DNA from: a bacterium
Lineage (GTDB): Bacteria > UBP6 > UBA1177
Direction: 5' to 3'
Assembly: GCA_017961325.1 (NCBI GenBank)
Contig: JAGCXM010000042.1
Coordinates: 11,623 to 75,622, forward strand
Length of the DNA: 64,000 bases
The first letter of the stretch is position 1. Every line of letters starts with the position of its first letter. Both the position numbers and the translations under genes were made by a program. Below, piece after piece: positions 18,916 to 29,271 of the stretch. The notes below the pieces were generated by a model that was given only the letters and a program-made list of their open reading frames with translations, did no database searches and was not told the origin of the DNA.

Positions 18916-20604
18916 ATGACAAAAATCATCGAATGTGTTCCCAATTTTTCGGAAGGAAGAGATATGAGCGTGATCGACAAGATCACTGCCGAAATCAAGA
19001 AAGTGAGCGGTGTCAGACTGCTTGACGTCGATCCAGGATACGACACCAACAGAACGGTCGTTACGTTCGTCGGCGAGCCTGAGCCGGTAAAACAGGCTGC
19101 ATTCGCTGCAGTAAAAAAGAGCCACGAACTCATCGACATGCGTCATCATAAAGGTGCTCATCCGCGTTTCGGAGCGTGCGATGTCTGCCCGGTAATTCCG
19201 GTAAGCGGCGTTACGATGGATGAATGCGTCGAAATCGCGCACGACCTCGGAAAAAGACTCGGTGAAGAGCTCGATTATCCCGTTTATTTCTACGAATACG
19301 CGGCAACGAAACCCGAAAGAAGAAACCTTGCGACCGTCCGTTCCGGCGAATACGAAGGGCTTGAAGCAAAGTTGAAGGATCCGAACTGGAAACCCGATTT
19401 CGGACCGGCGGAGTTCCGTCCGACAAAAGGTGCTACCGCAGTTTCGGCGCGCGATTTCCTCATTGCATACAACATAAACCTCAACACGACGAGCGCAAAA
19501 AAGGCGAATGCCATTGCTCTGAGGCTCCGCGAGCAGGGTTATCCCGAAAAAGACGCTGACGGCAATCCGAAACTTGATGCAAACGGCAAAAAGATCATGC
19601 ATCCCGGCATGTTCAAAAACTGCAAGGCTATCGGATGGTACGTCGATGATTTCAAAAGGGCGCAGATTTCGATAAACCTCACGAACTATCACGTCACGAA
19701 CATGTATCACGTTTTTGACGCGGCTTCGAAACTTGCTGAAGAAAAGGGACTCAGAGTCACGGGCAGCGAGATCGTCGGTGTTCTTCCGAAAGAAGCGCTT
19801 ATCGAATCAGGCATCCACTACCTTGAAAAACAGGGAACCTGTGCAGGTCAGAGCGAAGCCGAGCTCATCAAAATCGCTGAACAGTCTTTGGGACTCAGCG
19901 ATGTAGTCAAATTCAAACCAGAAGAAAAGATAATCGAATACATGGTGAAGGAGAGAAAAGGACTTGCAGACATCACTGTAACAGAGTTTTCCGACCTCCT
20001 TGCAAGTGACGCTCCGGCTCCGGGCGGCGGTTCGGTTGCTGCTCTCTGCGGATCTCTCGCTGCTGCTCTCGGAAGCATGGTTGCAAACCTCACTTACAAC
20101 AAAAAAGGCTACAAGGAGCACAACGAAAAGATGAACTGCGTTGCTAAGGACATGCAGTCGAGAAGAATGGAACTTCTCAACCTCATCGACGAAGATACCA
20201 ACGCTTTCAACATAATGATGGCGGCCATGAAGGCTCAGAACGCCGCTAAAAAAGGCACTGACGCAGCTGCGATTGCCGAAGCTGACAAAAACATGGACGA
20301 AGCGAACAGATACGCGATTTCGGTTCCGCTTCAGGTCATGGAAAAGATTTATGAGCTTCTTCCGAATCTCAAAACCGTCGGCGAATCCGGCAACATCAAC
20401 GCTGCAAGCGATGCCGGAGTAGGTGCGCTGCTCGTTCAGGCCGGCGTAAAGGCGGCAGGTCTCAACGTCAAAATCAACCTCAAGAATTTCGCGAAAGACG
20501 ATCCTTTCTACGGCGAAACCTTCAATGCAATGAATAAAATTCTTGCCGTCGTTGACAAAGAAGCTGAAGAAATTCTTGCGATCGTTGACAAAAAGATAAG
20601 TTAG
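18916..20604 (+). CDS. ftcD: Bifunctional glutamate formimidoyltransferase / formimidoyltetrahydrofolate cyclodeaminase
   Basis: 562 aa; N-terminal formiminotransferase domain (IECVPNFSEGR...) fused to C-terminal cyclodeaminase domain. Confidence 0.85.
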   Translation: MTKIIECVPNFSEGRDMSVIDKITAEIKKVSGVRLLDVDPGYDTNRTVVTFVGEPEPVKQAAFAAVKKSHELIDMRHHKGAHPRFGACDVCPVIPVSGVTMDECVEIAHDLGKRLGEELDYPVYFYEYAATKPERRNLATVRSGEYEGLEAKLKDPNWKPDFGPAEFRPTKGATAVSARDFLIAYNINLNTTSAKKANAIALRLREQGYPEKDADGNPKLDANGKKIMHPGMFKNCKAIGWYVDDFKRAQISINLTNYHVTNMYHVFDAASKLAEEKGLRVTGSEIVGVLPKEALIESGIHYLEKQGTCAGQSEAELIKIAEQSLGLSDVVKFKPEEKIIEYMVKERKGLADITVTEFSDLLASDAPAPGGGSVAALCGSLAAALGSMVANLTYNKKGYKEHNEKMNCVAKDMQSRRMELLNLIDEDTNAFNIMMAAMKAQNAAKKGTDAAAIAEADKNMDEANRYAISVPLQVMEKIYELLPNLKTVGESGNINAASDAGVGALLVQAGVKAAGLNVKINLKNFAKDDPFYGETFNAMNKILAVVDKEAEEILAIVDKKIS

Positions 20605-20607
20605 TCG

Positions 20608-21255
20608 ATGAAACTCAATTCGATATTCCAGTCCATTCAGGGTGAAGGAAGATTTCAGGGCTATCCTTCCGATTTTATCAGGTTTTTCGGCTGCAATTTA
20701 AACTGCGGCTACTGCGACACGAAATACACTCTTTCGGGCGATTCATTTTATTCCGAGACTCCGGAAGAAGCGGCTGCAAAGCTGAATAAAACCGGTGTTT
20801 TCGATCTGTGTGTTACAGGCGGGGAGCCGATGTGTCAGGAAGATGAACTGCTGAAATTTCTCCTTCTGCTTTCCAAAAAACGCGTATCTCTTGAAACCAA
20901 CGGAAGTCTGGAACTGGAACCGCTTTACCGCGCTTTTTCTGCGGCGGAAACTGATTCGCAGCTCTATTTTTCGACGGACTGGAAAACTCCGGGATCGGGA
21001 AATTCCGTTTTTGACGAGCGCAACATCGTTTTTTTGAGAAAAAGCGGAGCAGGGTGGATGAAATTCGTTGTTGCAACTGCACAAGATCTTGATTTTGTTG
21101 AAGAAAAACTGCAGCTACTCGACGGAATCGAAACATACTTAAGTCCTGTTTTCGAGAATGGAAAAGAATGGTTTTCACTTGTCGAAAAATTCGTCAAAAG
21201 TCACAAAAATATCAGATTACAGCTACAGCTGCACAAAATTCTCGGCATAGAATAG
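20608..21255 (+). CDS. queE: 7-carboxy-7-deazaguanine synthase (radical SAM)
   Basis: QueE-type CxxxCxxC variant (GCNLNCGYCDT), IQGEG N-terminus, ~215 aa; 3-nt gap after ftcD stop. Confidence 0.8.
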   Translation: MKLNSIFQSIQGEGRFQGYPSDFIRFFGCNLNCGYCDTKYTLSGDSFYSETPEEAAAKLNKTGVFDLCVTGGEPMCQEDELLKFLLLLSKKRVSLETNGSLELEPLYRAFSAAETDSQLYFSTDWKTPGSGNSVFDERNIVFLRKSGAGWMKFVVATAQDLDFVEEKLQLLDGIETYLSPVFENGKEWFSLVEKFVKSHKNIRLQLQLHKILGIE

Positions 21256-21376
21256 TTAAGAAAATCCGTTAATTGACTGTCTTGTAAAAAACGAATGCAA
21301 ATCGGCACAGTCCTTAAAAATATTTTGTTAAAATTTTTTGTTTGAGTAAAATCAAACGCTTTTTTGGGAGGCGTAT

Positions 21377-23029
21377 ATGAAAAAGAATCTTATTTTGTTT
21401 ATTTCGCTTTTTTTAAGCGTTTTATTTGCTGTTTCGTGTTCAGGTCCGGACGAGGATTTGTCGTGTCTTGTTGCTGCTGATTGTCCTGACAGTTCGTTTT
21501 CATGTATCAATGAAGTGTGTGTTCTTAATGATGCCGCTAATGAAATCACTGATTCTGACAAACAGGATGAAAACGGTTCTTCAACCGGCGGAAACGGCAG
21601 CAATTCCGGCTCCGGTGACGATAATTCAGATATTAACGGTTCGGAAAACGGAAACGATGATGAGAGCGGATTGCCTGATCCGGTAACAAACGATGGAGAG
21701 GGAAATTCCGGTTCATCGGATGATGACGCTTCGGAAACTTCAGATGCAGACGGCGTTGAAGAAAACGACGGCGAAACTAATGACGACAATGGGAATGAAA
21801 GTGACAACGATAACGAAAACAACGACGAAAACGGTATTGCAAGCGATGACGGCAATGAAAACGGAGACGGTGACATCGAAGAGGGAAATCCGGTCGGTCA
21901 GCTTACCGACTGCACAAAAAACGAAGACTGCCTTTCAAATTTCAACAATATCCGCTGTGATACTGCTCTGGGCAAATGCGTAATGTGCATTTCCAATGAC
22001 GACTGTCTTACGGCTTACGGCCAGACCTGTGATTTGACGACGCACGAATGTGTATCTAATGCAACATGCGCCGCAGCTATAGAAAAGCTGCCTCACGGCG
22101 GAAAATTCGACTGGGAAGACGGCACGACGCAGGGATTTTCGACAAATGCTTACTGGGATCTTGTAAACGATCCTACTATTTCAAATGGAGCATATTCTTT
22201 CGGACAGTATTCCGGATATACTGACAATATGGATTATACTTCAGTTCTTCAGCCTGTTGATCTCTCCATATGCTCTGGATGCGCGGTCAATGTTCTTTAT
22301 TATGCAAAAGGAGCGATCCCAAAGTCGGAAAACGGATATGATTTTATTCATCCGACATGCAACGGTGACGGGACAACGACAGCAAAAAATTCAACTGTTT
22401 CTATTCAGTCTCTGACACCACAGTCACCATGGGTGATGGCGGATGCTTATTATCAAAAGGTCAACAGTTATTCAACTACCGCTTGGACGACATCGGAATG
22501 GCAAATTCCGGCATCCTGCAAAACGGATAAATTTGTTTTTGGTCTGAGATTCAGCAGCAACGGCAGCATAAGCTATGCAACCAGTCACAGTTATCTCGGT
22601 CTTGTCGTTGACGATCTCACAATTGCTCCGGCGGCTACAGGACATGAGCCGGACGGTGAATTTGAATCGGCGTCAAACGGCTATATCAAAGGCTGGGCTT
22701 GTGATCTTGATGCGCCTTTGAAGTATATTCTTATCAAAATCGAATATTACAAGAACAAGGACGAGTCTGCTGTAGCCGCGGTTCGTTGGGTTTACGCAAA
22801 ACTTCAAAGACCGGGCGATGCCGAGCTTGAAACTAAGTGCAGTTCGACCTACAACCACGGTTTTGAAATGCCGCTTGACGAAGGTTTAAAGACACTTTTG
22901 GGCGAAGATGGAACTCACAAGGCTGTTGTTTACGCAGTCGATATTCCTGCAACCGAAAATCTCTGCGGCGGAACCTACACCAAGCTCGGTGAAAGGGAAT
23001 TTGAAGTGACTGGTGCGGAACCTAAATAA
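21377..23029 (+). CDS. Secreted lipoprotein: Cys-rich repeats flanking an acidic D/N/E/G/S linker, plus large C-terminal beta-rich domain (paralog family member 3)
   Basis: Signal peptide + lipobox AVSC; Myxococcales-type Cys-rich repeat pattern (DCxxxxxxxCDTALGKCVMC...) on both sides of ~130 aa acidic tract. Confidence 0.55.
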   Translation: MKKNLILFISLFLSVLFAVSCSGPDEDLSCLVAADCPDSSFSCINEVCVLNDAANEITDSDKQDENGSSTGGNGSNSGSGDDNSDINGSENGNDDESGLPDPVTNDGEGNSGSSDDDASETSDADGVEENDGETNDDNGNESDNDNENNDENGIASDDGNENGDGDIEEGNPVGQLTDCTKNEDCLSNFNNIRCDTALGKCVMCISNDDCLTAYGQTCDLTTHECVSNATCAAAIEKLPHGGKFDWEDGTTQGFSTNAYWDLVNDPTISNGAYSFGQYSGYTDNMDYTSVLQPVDLSICSGCAVNVLYYAKGAIPKSENGYDFIHPTCNGDGTTTAKNSTVSIQSLTPQSPWVMADAYYQKVNSYSTTAWTTSEWQIPASCKTDKFVFGLRFSSNGSISYATSHSYLGLVVDDLTIAPAATGHEPDGEFESASNGYIKGWACDLDAPLKYILIKIEYYKNKDESAVAAVRWVYAKLQRPGDAELETKCSSTYNHGFEMPLDEGLKTLLGEDGTHKAVVYAVDIPATENLCGGTYTKLGEREFEVTGAEPK

Positions 23030-23045
23030 TTTTAAGGAGTTGAAA

Positions 23046-23396
23046 ATGTGTGACTGTATTTTCTGCAAAATTGTCAAAGGGGATATCCCTTCACCTCGTC
23101 TTTATGAAGACGAGAATTTCATCGTTATCCGCGACATAAATCCGCTTTGCAAGGTTCACGATCTGATAATCACAAAAAAACACATCAAATCGGTGAACGA
23201 GATCGAAAAGGATGACGAAAGGATCTTTGCATCGCTTTTCACGGTTGCAAAAAAGATTGCGGCTCTCGAAAATATGGCTGAAAGCGGTTACCGCGTTGTC
23301 GTAAATTCGGGTAAAGATTCGGGTCAGGCGGTTCCTCACTTCCACGCTCACGTTCTGGGCGGCGAAGACCTCAAAGGCAAACTTCAGGGAATGTAA
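23046..23396 (+). CDS. HIT family (histidine triad) nucleotide hydrolase
   Basis: HFHAHVLGG HIT motif; start at MCDCIFCKI after AGGAG RBS. Confidence 0.8.
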   Translation: MCDCIFCKIVKGDIPSPRLYEDENFIVIRDINPLCKVHDLIITKKHIKSVNEIEKDDERIFASLFTVAKKIAALENMAESGYRVVVNSGKDSGQAVPHFHAHVLGGEDLKGKLQGM

Positions 23397-23405
23397 TCCT
23401 GAAAC

Positions 23406-24110
23406 ATGAATATTTTTCTGATCGGGCAGGGGAATGTCGGAACAGCTCTTTCAAGTTTTTTTCAAATTTCTGAAATTACTTGTGAAATTCTTGAAAAAGT
23501 ACCGGAAAACAGAAACGGTATTCTGTTCCTGGCAGTTTCGGATTCAGCCGTAAAACCGCTTCTTGAAGAGACTTTGCGGAAAAATCCGGAAATGTTTGCA
23601 GTTCATTTTTCGGCGGCTGTGCATTTTGAAAACAAACGTGTTTTTCTGCTTCACCCTTATTCTTCGATTAATAAAAAAAGCGAGTTGAGTCAGATACTTT
23701 TTACTCTTTGGGGCGAAAGGAACAGTGTTTTTGAAGAAATGCTGAAAAAAACGGGACTCGGTTTTGTCCGGTGCGGCGGAAATCCGGATCCGCTTTATCA
23801 CGCATCGGCCGTAATCAGCGGAAATTTTACGCAGTTTTTCGTGCTGCAGGCATTAAGACTTCTTCAATCTTCAGGTTTTTCGGAAGAAGTTTCGGAAAAA
23901 CTTATCCGTCAGCTTGTTCAATCTTCGCTTGACAACGTTTTTAGAAACGGAATCAAAGGGCTGACCGGTCCGGCGGCTCGGGGAGAAAAGGAAGTTTTAC
24001 TTAATGAAATCAATGCGCTGGGTGAAAAAGACAAAGACTTTGCAAAAATTTTTAAAGCTGTAAACGAAGCTATTTGCAGGCTTTTTGAAGATAAGATTAA
24101 TAATATATAA
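23406..24110 (+). CDS. Rossmann-fold protein, DUF2520 / P5C-reductase-like
   Basis: N-terminal GxGxxG (IGQGNVGTAL), C-terminal TGPAARGE motif. Confidence 0.5.
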   Translation: MNIFLIGQGNVGTALSSFFQISEITCEILEKVPENRNGILFLAVSDSAVKPLLEETLRKNPEMFAVHFSAAVHFENKRVFLLHPYSSINKKSELSQILFTLWGERNSVFEEMLKKTGLGFVRCGGNPDPLYHASAVISGNFTQFFVLQALRLLQSSGFSEEVSEKLIRQLVQSSLDNVFRNGIKGLTGPAARGEKEVLLNEINALGEKDKDFAKIFKAVNEAICRLFEDKINNI

Positions 24111-24129
24111 GTGATTTGCGGAGGAAAAA

Positions 24130-26271
24130 ATGTTTAGAAAATCGGCATTTTATTTTGTTCTTTTGTACTTTTTGTCCCTCTTTGCTTCATGCGACAGAAG
24201 CGGAGTCTATGAAAAATCCGACACGATTGCTCACGAAAGCAATTTGAAAACGCTTATCGTCGGAATACCTAACTCCGATTCGTCCGATCTCAAGGAAATT
24301 ACCGATACTTTTCCGGTAGATGTCGAAAGAGTTGCTTCGAGGGCTTACTGGAATCCGACGAAAAGAGATTATTCGGCAGAATTTATCTGGATTGACCCCG
24401 AAGGAAAGGTAGCATACAAAAAAGTGATGGAGATGAAGCCGATCTGGAAGCGTTCGCTCGTTTACTACAGAGGAGCGAAGCCTATGGCAGCAGGAAACTG
24501 GCGTCTCGATGTCAGAGTAGGCGGCAAACTTTACGGAAAAACCGATTTTACGGTCGTAAGAGAACGCTCCAAAGTGCCGATGATAGCACAGATCGAGGCT
24601 TTCAACACCGAAAAAATCACCCTTGAAAACGCTCAGGTCATTGCAGAAAAAATTCGCTGTTTCGCTAATAAAAAATGCAGTGCGGAAGATGTCGTTTCGG
24701 CGGTTCCGGCTGATTTGGGCGGCAAGAAAGTCGGGCTTGCGGTCTCGATTTTCAGAAACGCGGACGTTACCGATATGATTTTTTCTTCGGCGGAAACTCT
24801 TTCGTCTGCATTGAAGGAGCTGACCGAAAAGATCAAACCCGACGACAGAGCTCCTGCTTCGGTCGAACTTTCGGTTCTTCATTCGCAGATGGAACTCAAA
24901 AATCCGTCAGAGCAGCTTCTTAACGCAAAAAAGAAGGCGGGAATGGGATTTACTATCTCAAAGAACGGCAAAAGTGCAGCAATTCTGCCTGTTTACATCG
25001 TCAGAACGCAGATCGAAGACGGTGTCGGAGTGGTACGCCAGCTTGCAGTTGATGCCGGACTTCAGGAACATGAGTGGAAAACCGCGAAAATCACCGCTTT
25101 TATGACGCAGGATTTTGTTTTGAGCGAAAAAATGGAAAAAGCGAAGGAGCTTGCCTTCACGAGAAGCCGCGTTTATGTCGAAAACGTGACGAGACAGGAT
25201 CTGATAAACGCAGTCAACAATTCCTGGGAGTGGTACCTTAAAAACCAGATTACCGAAGGTGAAGAAGCCGGCAGGTATATGTATACTTTCTTTCCGTCGA
25301 AGGATCTTGAACCTGCGGAAGACTGGGGACTCAGAAATCTCAACGCGATTTTCGTTCTTGCTGAAATTGCGAAAGACCAGAAGGATCCGGTGAAAATCGC
25401 GAGCGTCAAAAAGGCTATTGACACTTTTGCAAGATTTCTGAAGGAAGGTCATGGCGGAAAATGGCTTGACTGGCCTTATCAGCGCAAAGTCCACAGCATT
25501 GCCGGAACCGCTTTCCTGCTAGGTGCCATGCTTGAACTCGAAGTCCCGGGATACGAAGATGACATGAGGAAAATGGCGGATGCTATAATTTCTCTGCAGC
25601 AGCCTGACGGAAAACTTCTCACCGATTTCGCCGGAAATTACAGGGATGTCGACCAGATGTACTATCCGGGCGAAACGCTGCTCATTTTGATGAGATACTA
25701 CAACAAAACCAAATATAAACCGGCACTCGACGCAGTTGAAAAGGCCTATGAGTTCTATCAGGCGTTCTGGAACAAGAAGGATAACCAGCAGGGACCGTTC
25801 GTTCCATGGCAGACGCGTGCCTATCAGGAAGCTTACAGTGCGACGAAAGACAGAAGATATGCCGATTTTGCTTTCCAGCTTATGGACTGGATGCTCAAAA
25901 AGTATAAACCGCTCGGCAGCGATGCCGTTCCCGGCAGACAGGGGGCACTCAATACGCAGTTTGCGGGAACCGGAGTTTATTCGGAAGGTCTTTCTGCAGC
26001 AGTAAGGCTGGCGCGTGAAGTAGGCGACAAGAAGCGTGTCGAAACATACTCGAAAGCTCTGCGCGGTACGATGGGTTACGTTCTCGGACTTCAGTTCAAG
26101 GACGAAGACACCTACTGGGTGAAACGTCCCGATAAAGTCCGCGGCGCACTCAGCATGAGACCTGACAACGAGGAACTCCGCATAGATTCTACGTATCACG
26201 CAATTTCGGCGGTTCACTACACATCGAAACTTTTTACGGATGAAGAGTGGAAAGCGATAAAATGGAAGTAG
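24130..26271 (+). CDS. Large lipoprotein (713 aa) with C-terminal alpha-helical-repeat (possible alpha/alpha-toroid) domain
   Basis: Signal peptide + lipobox FASC; helical repeat region with QQPDGK-type motifs; function unknown. Confidence 0.45.
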   Translation: MFRKSAFYFVLLYFLSLFASCDRSGVYEKSDTIAHESNLKTLIVGIPNSDSSDLKEITDTFPVDVERVASRAYWNPTKRDYSAEFIWIDPEGKVAYKKVMEMKPIWKRSLVYYRGAKPMAAGNWRLDVRVGGKLYGKTDFTVVRERSKVPMIAQIEAFNTEKITLENAQVIAEKIRCFANKKCSAEDVVSAVPADLGGKKVGLAVSIFRNADVTDMIFSSAETLSSALKELTEKIKPDDRAPASVELSVLHSQMELKNPSEQLLNAKKKAGMGFTISKNGKSAAILPVYIVRTQIEDGVGVVRQLAVDAGLQEHEWKTAKITAFMTQDFVLSEKMEKAKELAFTRSRVYVENVTRQDLINAVNNSWEWYLKNQITEGEEAGRYMYTFFPSKDLEPAEDWGLRNLNAIFVLAEIAKDQKDPVKIASVKKAIDTFARFLKEGHGGKWLDWPYQRKVHSIAGTAFLLGAMLELEVPGYEDDMRKMADAIISLQQPDGKLLTDFAGNYRDVDQMYYPGETLLILMRYYNKTKYKPALDAVEKAYEFYQAFWNKKDNQQGPFVPWQTRAYQEAYSATKDRRYADFAFQLMDWMLKKYKPLGSDAVPGRQGALNTQFAGTGVYSEGLSAAVRLAREVGDKKRVETYSKALRGTMGYVLGLQFKDEDTYWVKRPDKVRGALSMRPDNEELRIDSTYHAISAVHYTSKLFTDEEWKAIKWK

Positions 26272-26279
26272 CCTGAATC

Positions 26280-26948
26280 ATGCAGCCGAAAATTCTTTTT
26301 GAAGACAACCATCTTCTTGTCGTCGTAAAGCCGCATGGAATAGCGGTTCAGAAAAATGACTCCGCCTCGACTGACGATTTTCAGAGCATTCTGAAGGATT
26401 ATCTCAAAAAAAAGTATAACAAACCTGGAAATGTTTTTCTGGGAATCGTCCACAGGCTGGATCAGCCGGTCGGCGGAGTTATGGTTTTTGCAAAAACTTC
26501 AAAGGCGGCGTCACGGCTGAGCGAACAGATAAGGCAGAACATCTGGAAAAAGTGCTATCTTGCAGTAGTCGACGGCGTTCCGGAGCAGAAAAGATCCGTT
26601 ATGGAGGATTATCTCGTCAAAAACGAGGCGACAAACGAGGTTTTTGTTTCAAAAAAAAGTAATCCGAAAGCAAAATTCGCGCGGCTTTCATACGAAACTC
26701 TGAAATCGAAAAACGGCAGAACCCTTCTGAAAATAACTCTTGAAACAGGCAGGTCGCATCAGATCAGAGTCCAGCTTTCATCTCGCGGACTGCCGATCGT
26801 GAATGACCGCAAATACAACAAAAACGCAAAAACCTGTTCCGATATAGCACTTTGGGCTTATTCACTTGAGATCGAACATCCCGTGACGAAGGAAAAACTC
26901 GATTTTTCGGAAGATATGCCTGAAAAAATGTCGTTGATTCAGGGATAA
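26280..26948 (+). CDS. RluA-family RNA pseudouridine synthase
   Basis: HRLDxxxxGxxxxAK catalytic motif (VHRLDQPVGGVMVFAKT). Confidence 0.8.
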   Translation: MQPKILFEDNHLLVVVKPHGIAVQKNDSASTDDFQSILKDYLKKKYNKPGNVFLGIVHRLDQPVGGVMVFAKTSKAASRLSEQIRQNIWKKCYLAVVDGVPEQKRSVMEDYLVKNEATNEVFVSKKSNPKAKFARLSYETLKSKNGRTLLKITLETGRSHQIRVQLSSRGLPIVNDRKYNKNAKTCSDIALWAYSLEIEHPVTKEKLDFSEDMPEKMSLIQG

Positions 26949-26966
26949 TGATCCGGAATTTCGTGA

Positions 26967-28037
26967 TTACGACCAGATTGTTCTGATTTTTTCAATCAAA
27001 AAGCCGAAAGCTTCATCCTGATCGTCGAATTTTCTGACGATCTCCCCTTTTTCGAAATAGAGGGCGCACTCTTTTCCCAAAGCAATGCCGAGATCGGCTT
27101 CACGTGCTTCTCCGGGGCCGTTGACTTCGCAGCCCATGACAGCGACTTTGAGAGCGGGTTTCAACCACCACTTTTCTTCGTCGAACCACGCTTCGAGACG
27201 GTTGTAGTATTCAATGACCTTTCCGTGTGTCCTGCCGCATGTCGGGCAGCTTACGATCTCGCCTCCCGTTTTCAGGATTCCGAGAGATTTTAAAATCATG
27301 TTGGCAGTTCTCAGTTCCTCTTCGATCGGAGCGGTGAGGCTTACTCTGAAAGTATCGGCCAAGCCTTCGTTCAAAAGAATCGCAATTCCCGCAGTTCCCT
27401 TGATTATTCCATGCTTTCCGCCGCCGGCTTCGGTAATTCCGACGTGAAGCGGCGCATCCGAATTTTCGCGGATCTTTCTGCAGGCTGCAACCGTTTCTGA
27501 AACATTTGAAGCCTTGGCCGAAATTTTGAAATTGTAGAATCCTAGTTCTTTTTCAAGGAATTCAGCCCAGAAAAGCGAGCTTTCGACCAGCCCTTCCCAA
27601 GTCACGCCGCCGTATTTCTTGAGGATGTTTTTATCCAATGAGCCGCCGTTCACGCCGATCCTGACTGCAAGTTCAGGGCGTTTTTTCGCAGCTTCGATTA
27701 TGGCTCTGACATTTTCTTTGCCTCCGACATTTCCGGGATTGAAACGTACTCCGCTGACACCGGCTTCTATTGCGGCAAGGGCAAGTTTATAGTCGAAGTG
27801 GATGTCGGCGATTATCTCGCCTTTGAAATTTTCGACCAGATACCGGAGTCCGTCAAGTTCGTCAATGTGTTTGAAAGCCGTTCTGACAAGCTGACAGCCG
27901 AGGTCTAGCGCGCGGTCAGCCTCGGCAAGAGCCTCTTCCTTTCTCGTTAGAGGAGTCGTTATCATCGTCTGTATTACCGGAGGATTGTTCCCGCCGATCT
28001 TCACTTTTCCCAAAGTTATGACTCTCGATTTTTTCAT
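26967..28037 (-). CDS. ispG: 4-hydroxy-3-methylbut-2-enyl diphosphate synthase (IspG/GcpE)
   Basis: TIM-barrel N-domain and C-terminal CPTCGR...C [4Fe-4S] motif; start trimmed to MKKSRVITLG to remove apparent overlap. Confidence 0.9.
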   Translation of the reverse strand: MKKSRVITLGKVKIGGNNPPVIQTMITTPLTRKEEALAEADRALDLGCQLVRTAFKHIDELDGLRYLVENFKGEIIADIHFDYKLALAAIEAGVSGVRFNPGNVGGKENVRAIIEAAKKRPELAVRIGVNGGSLDKNILKKYGGVTWEGLVESSLFWAEFLEKELGFYNFKISAKASNVSETVAACRKIRENSDAPLHVGITEAGGGKHGIIKGTAGIAILLNEGLADTFRVSLTAPIEEELRTANMILKSLGILKTGGEIVSCPTCGRTHGKVIEYYNRLEAWFDEEKWWLKPALKVAVMGCEVNGPGEAREADLGIALGKECALYFEKGEIVRKFDDQDEAFGFLIEKIRTIWS

Positions 28038-28044
28038 TTTCACC

Positions 28045-29226
28045 TCATCCGAAAATTTCTGTCGGATCAAATTCATAAACGCCGTGCTTTTTATCAATGC
28101 AGTAGCCTGCGATGAATTCGCTCAAATTGAGTCTCTGCCCTTCAAAAAATGGGCAAAGAGACTGTTTCAGCGCGAATTTTGCGCCGTGCGGCATTCCGTC
28201 TGAACCGAAAAACATATCCTTGCCGGGAACAAAACCCGCTTTGTCGATAAGCATTCTGAAAGGGTTGTTTCTTTCTGCAAATCCGTAAGGAAGTCTGTCT
28301 GCATAAATGAGCGAATCTTCGGTGAAGTTCGGCTGCATCGAAAGAATAATTCCGGCATTTTTAGCTCTTTTTGCAGTCTCGAGATCAATAAACTGCGCAT
28401 GTTCAAGCCTGATGAACTGACTGCTTCCGTGTTTTCTGACGGTTTCGGCTGCTTCGACCACCTGACGCGCTGCAATGTCTCCAAGAGCATGAATCGCGAC
28501 ACCGTTTGCCGTTGCTGCAGCTTCTTCAAGAAGTCCGACAAGCTGCGAAGTCGCATAAGTCAGAACTCCTTTGTTTCCGTTCAGATAAGGCCTGCTCAAA
28601 GCCGCCGTGCATGAGCCGTTGGCACCGTCCGTAAAGAGTTTTATTCCGCGGATTTTTTTCTGCGTTTTTTCGGGAAGAGTGCGGAAAGTATTGATGTCTG
28701 CCCAGAAGGAAACTCTTTCTTTAAGCGGAGAATTATCAATTATTTCAAATGTTTCCTGCGACGGCAGAAGCATATCTTCGATTTCATAAACTCCGCATTC
28801 CTTCAGCAGAAAACCGGCAAATTCCGTCATGGTTTCAATTGTTGCAGGCATGATTTTCACGAAAAAGAGCAGAAGTTCCGTCACATGTTCCTCGCACCAC
28901 TCCTGATTTTCATAGTTGTCAATGATCTCCTCGAATTCAGGTCGCAGCAGCTTTTCAGCTTCTTCGTTCATAACGAATCCGTGAAGCGACAGATTTGAGA
29001 TTATGAGCGGCGGGAACTTGTTAAGCTCAGATTTTTCCAGAGAAAAGAATCCGCTGTTCCAGCCGTAAGCCGAATTGAGTTTTCCGTCCTCAAGTTCTGC
29101 GAACATATTCAGGGCGGCTTCCCTGGCTTTAACCTCTTTCAGGCATATGGACTTGAACATTCCGGCGTAAAGCGTGAAGTGACTGTGAGAATCGTGCAGA
29201 TAGGGAACGGACATTTTGGAAAGCAT
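28045..29226 (-). CDS. Metal-dependent amidohydrolase family protein
   Basis: HDSHSH metal-binding motif near N-terminus, HALGD and HAQF motifs. Confidence 0.65.
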   Translation of the reverse strand: MLSKMSVPYLHDSHSHFTLYAGMFKSICLKEVKAREAALNMFAELEDGKLNSAYGWNSGFFSLEKSELNKFPPLIISNLSLHGFVMNEEAEKLLRPEFEEIIDNYENQEWCEEHVTELLLFFVKIMPATIETMTEFAGFLLKECGVYEIEDMLLPSQETFEIIDNSPLKERVSFWADINTFRTLPEKTQKKIRGIKLFTDGANGSCTAALSRPYLNGNKGVLTYATSQLVGLLEEAAATANGVAIHALGDIAARQVVEAAETVRKHGSSQFIRLEHAQFIDLETAKRAKNAGIILSMQPNFTEDSLIYADRLPYGFAERNNPFRMLIDKAGFVPGKDMFFGSDGMPHGAKFALKQSLCPFFEGQRLNLSEFIAGYCIDKKHGVYEFDPTEIFG

Positions 29227-29271
29227 GAATTGACCTCGTTTTTTTAAGGAAAATAAAAGATGTTTTTTGAA

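Noticed and set aside
28037-28097. 52-nt overlap between the ispG and amidohydrolase ORFs
   Set aside because: It is an artefact of an over-extended ispG start in the six-frame track; the conserved IspG N-terminus begins at the internal Met (MKKSRVITLG), which removes the overlap
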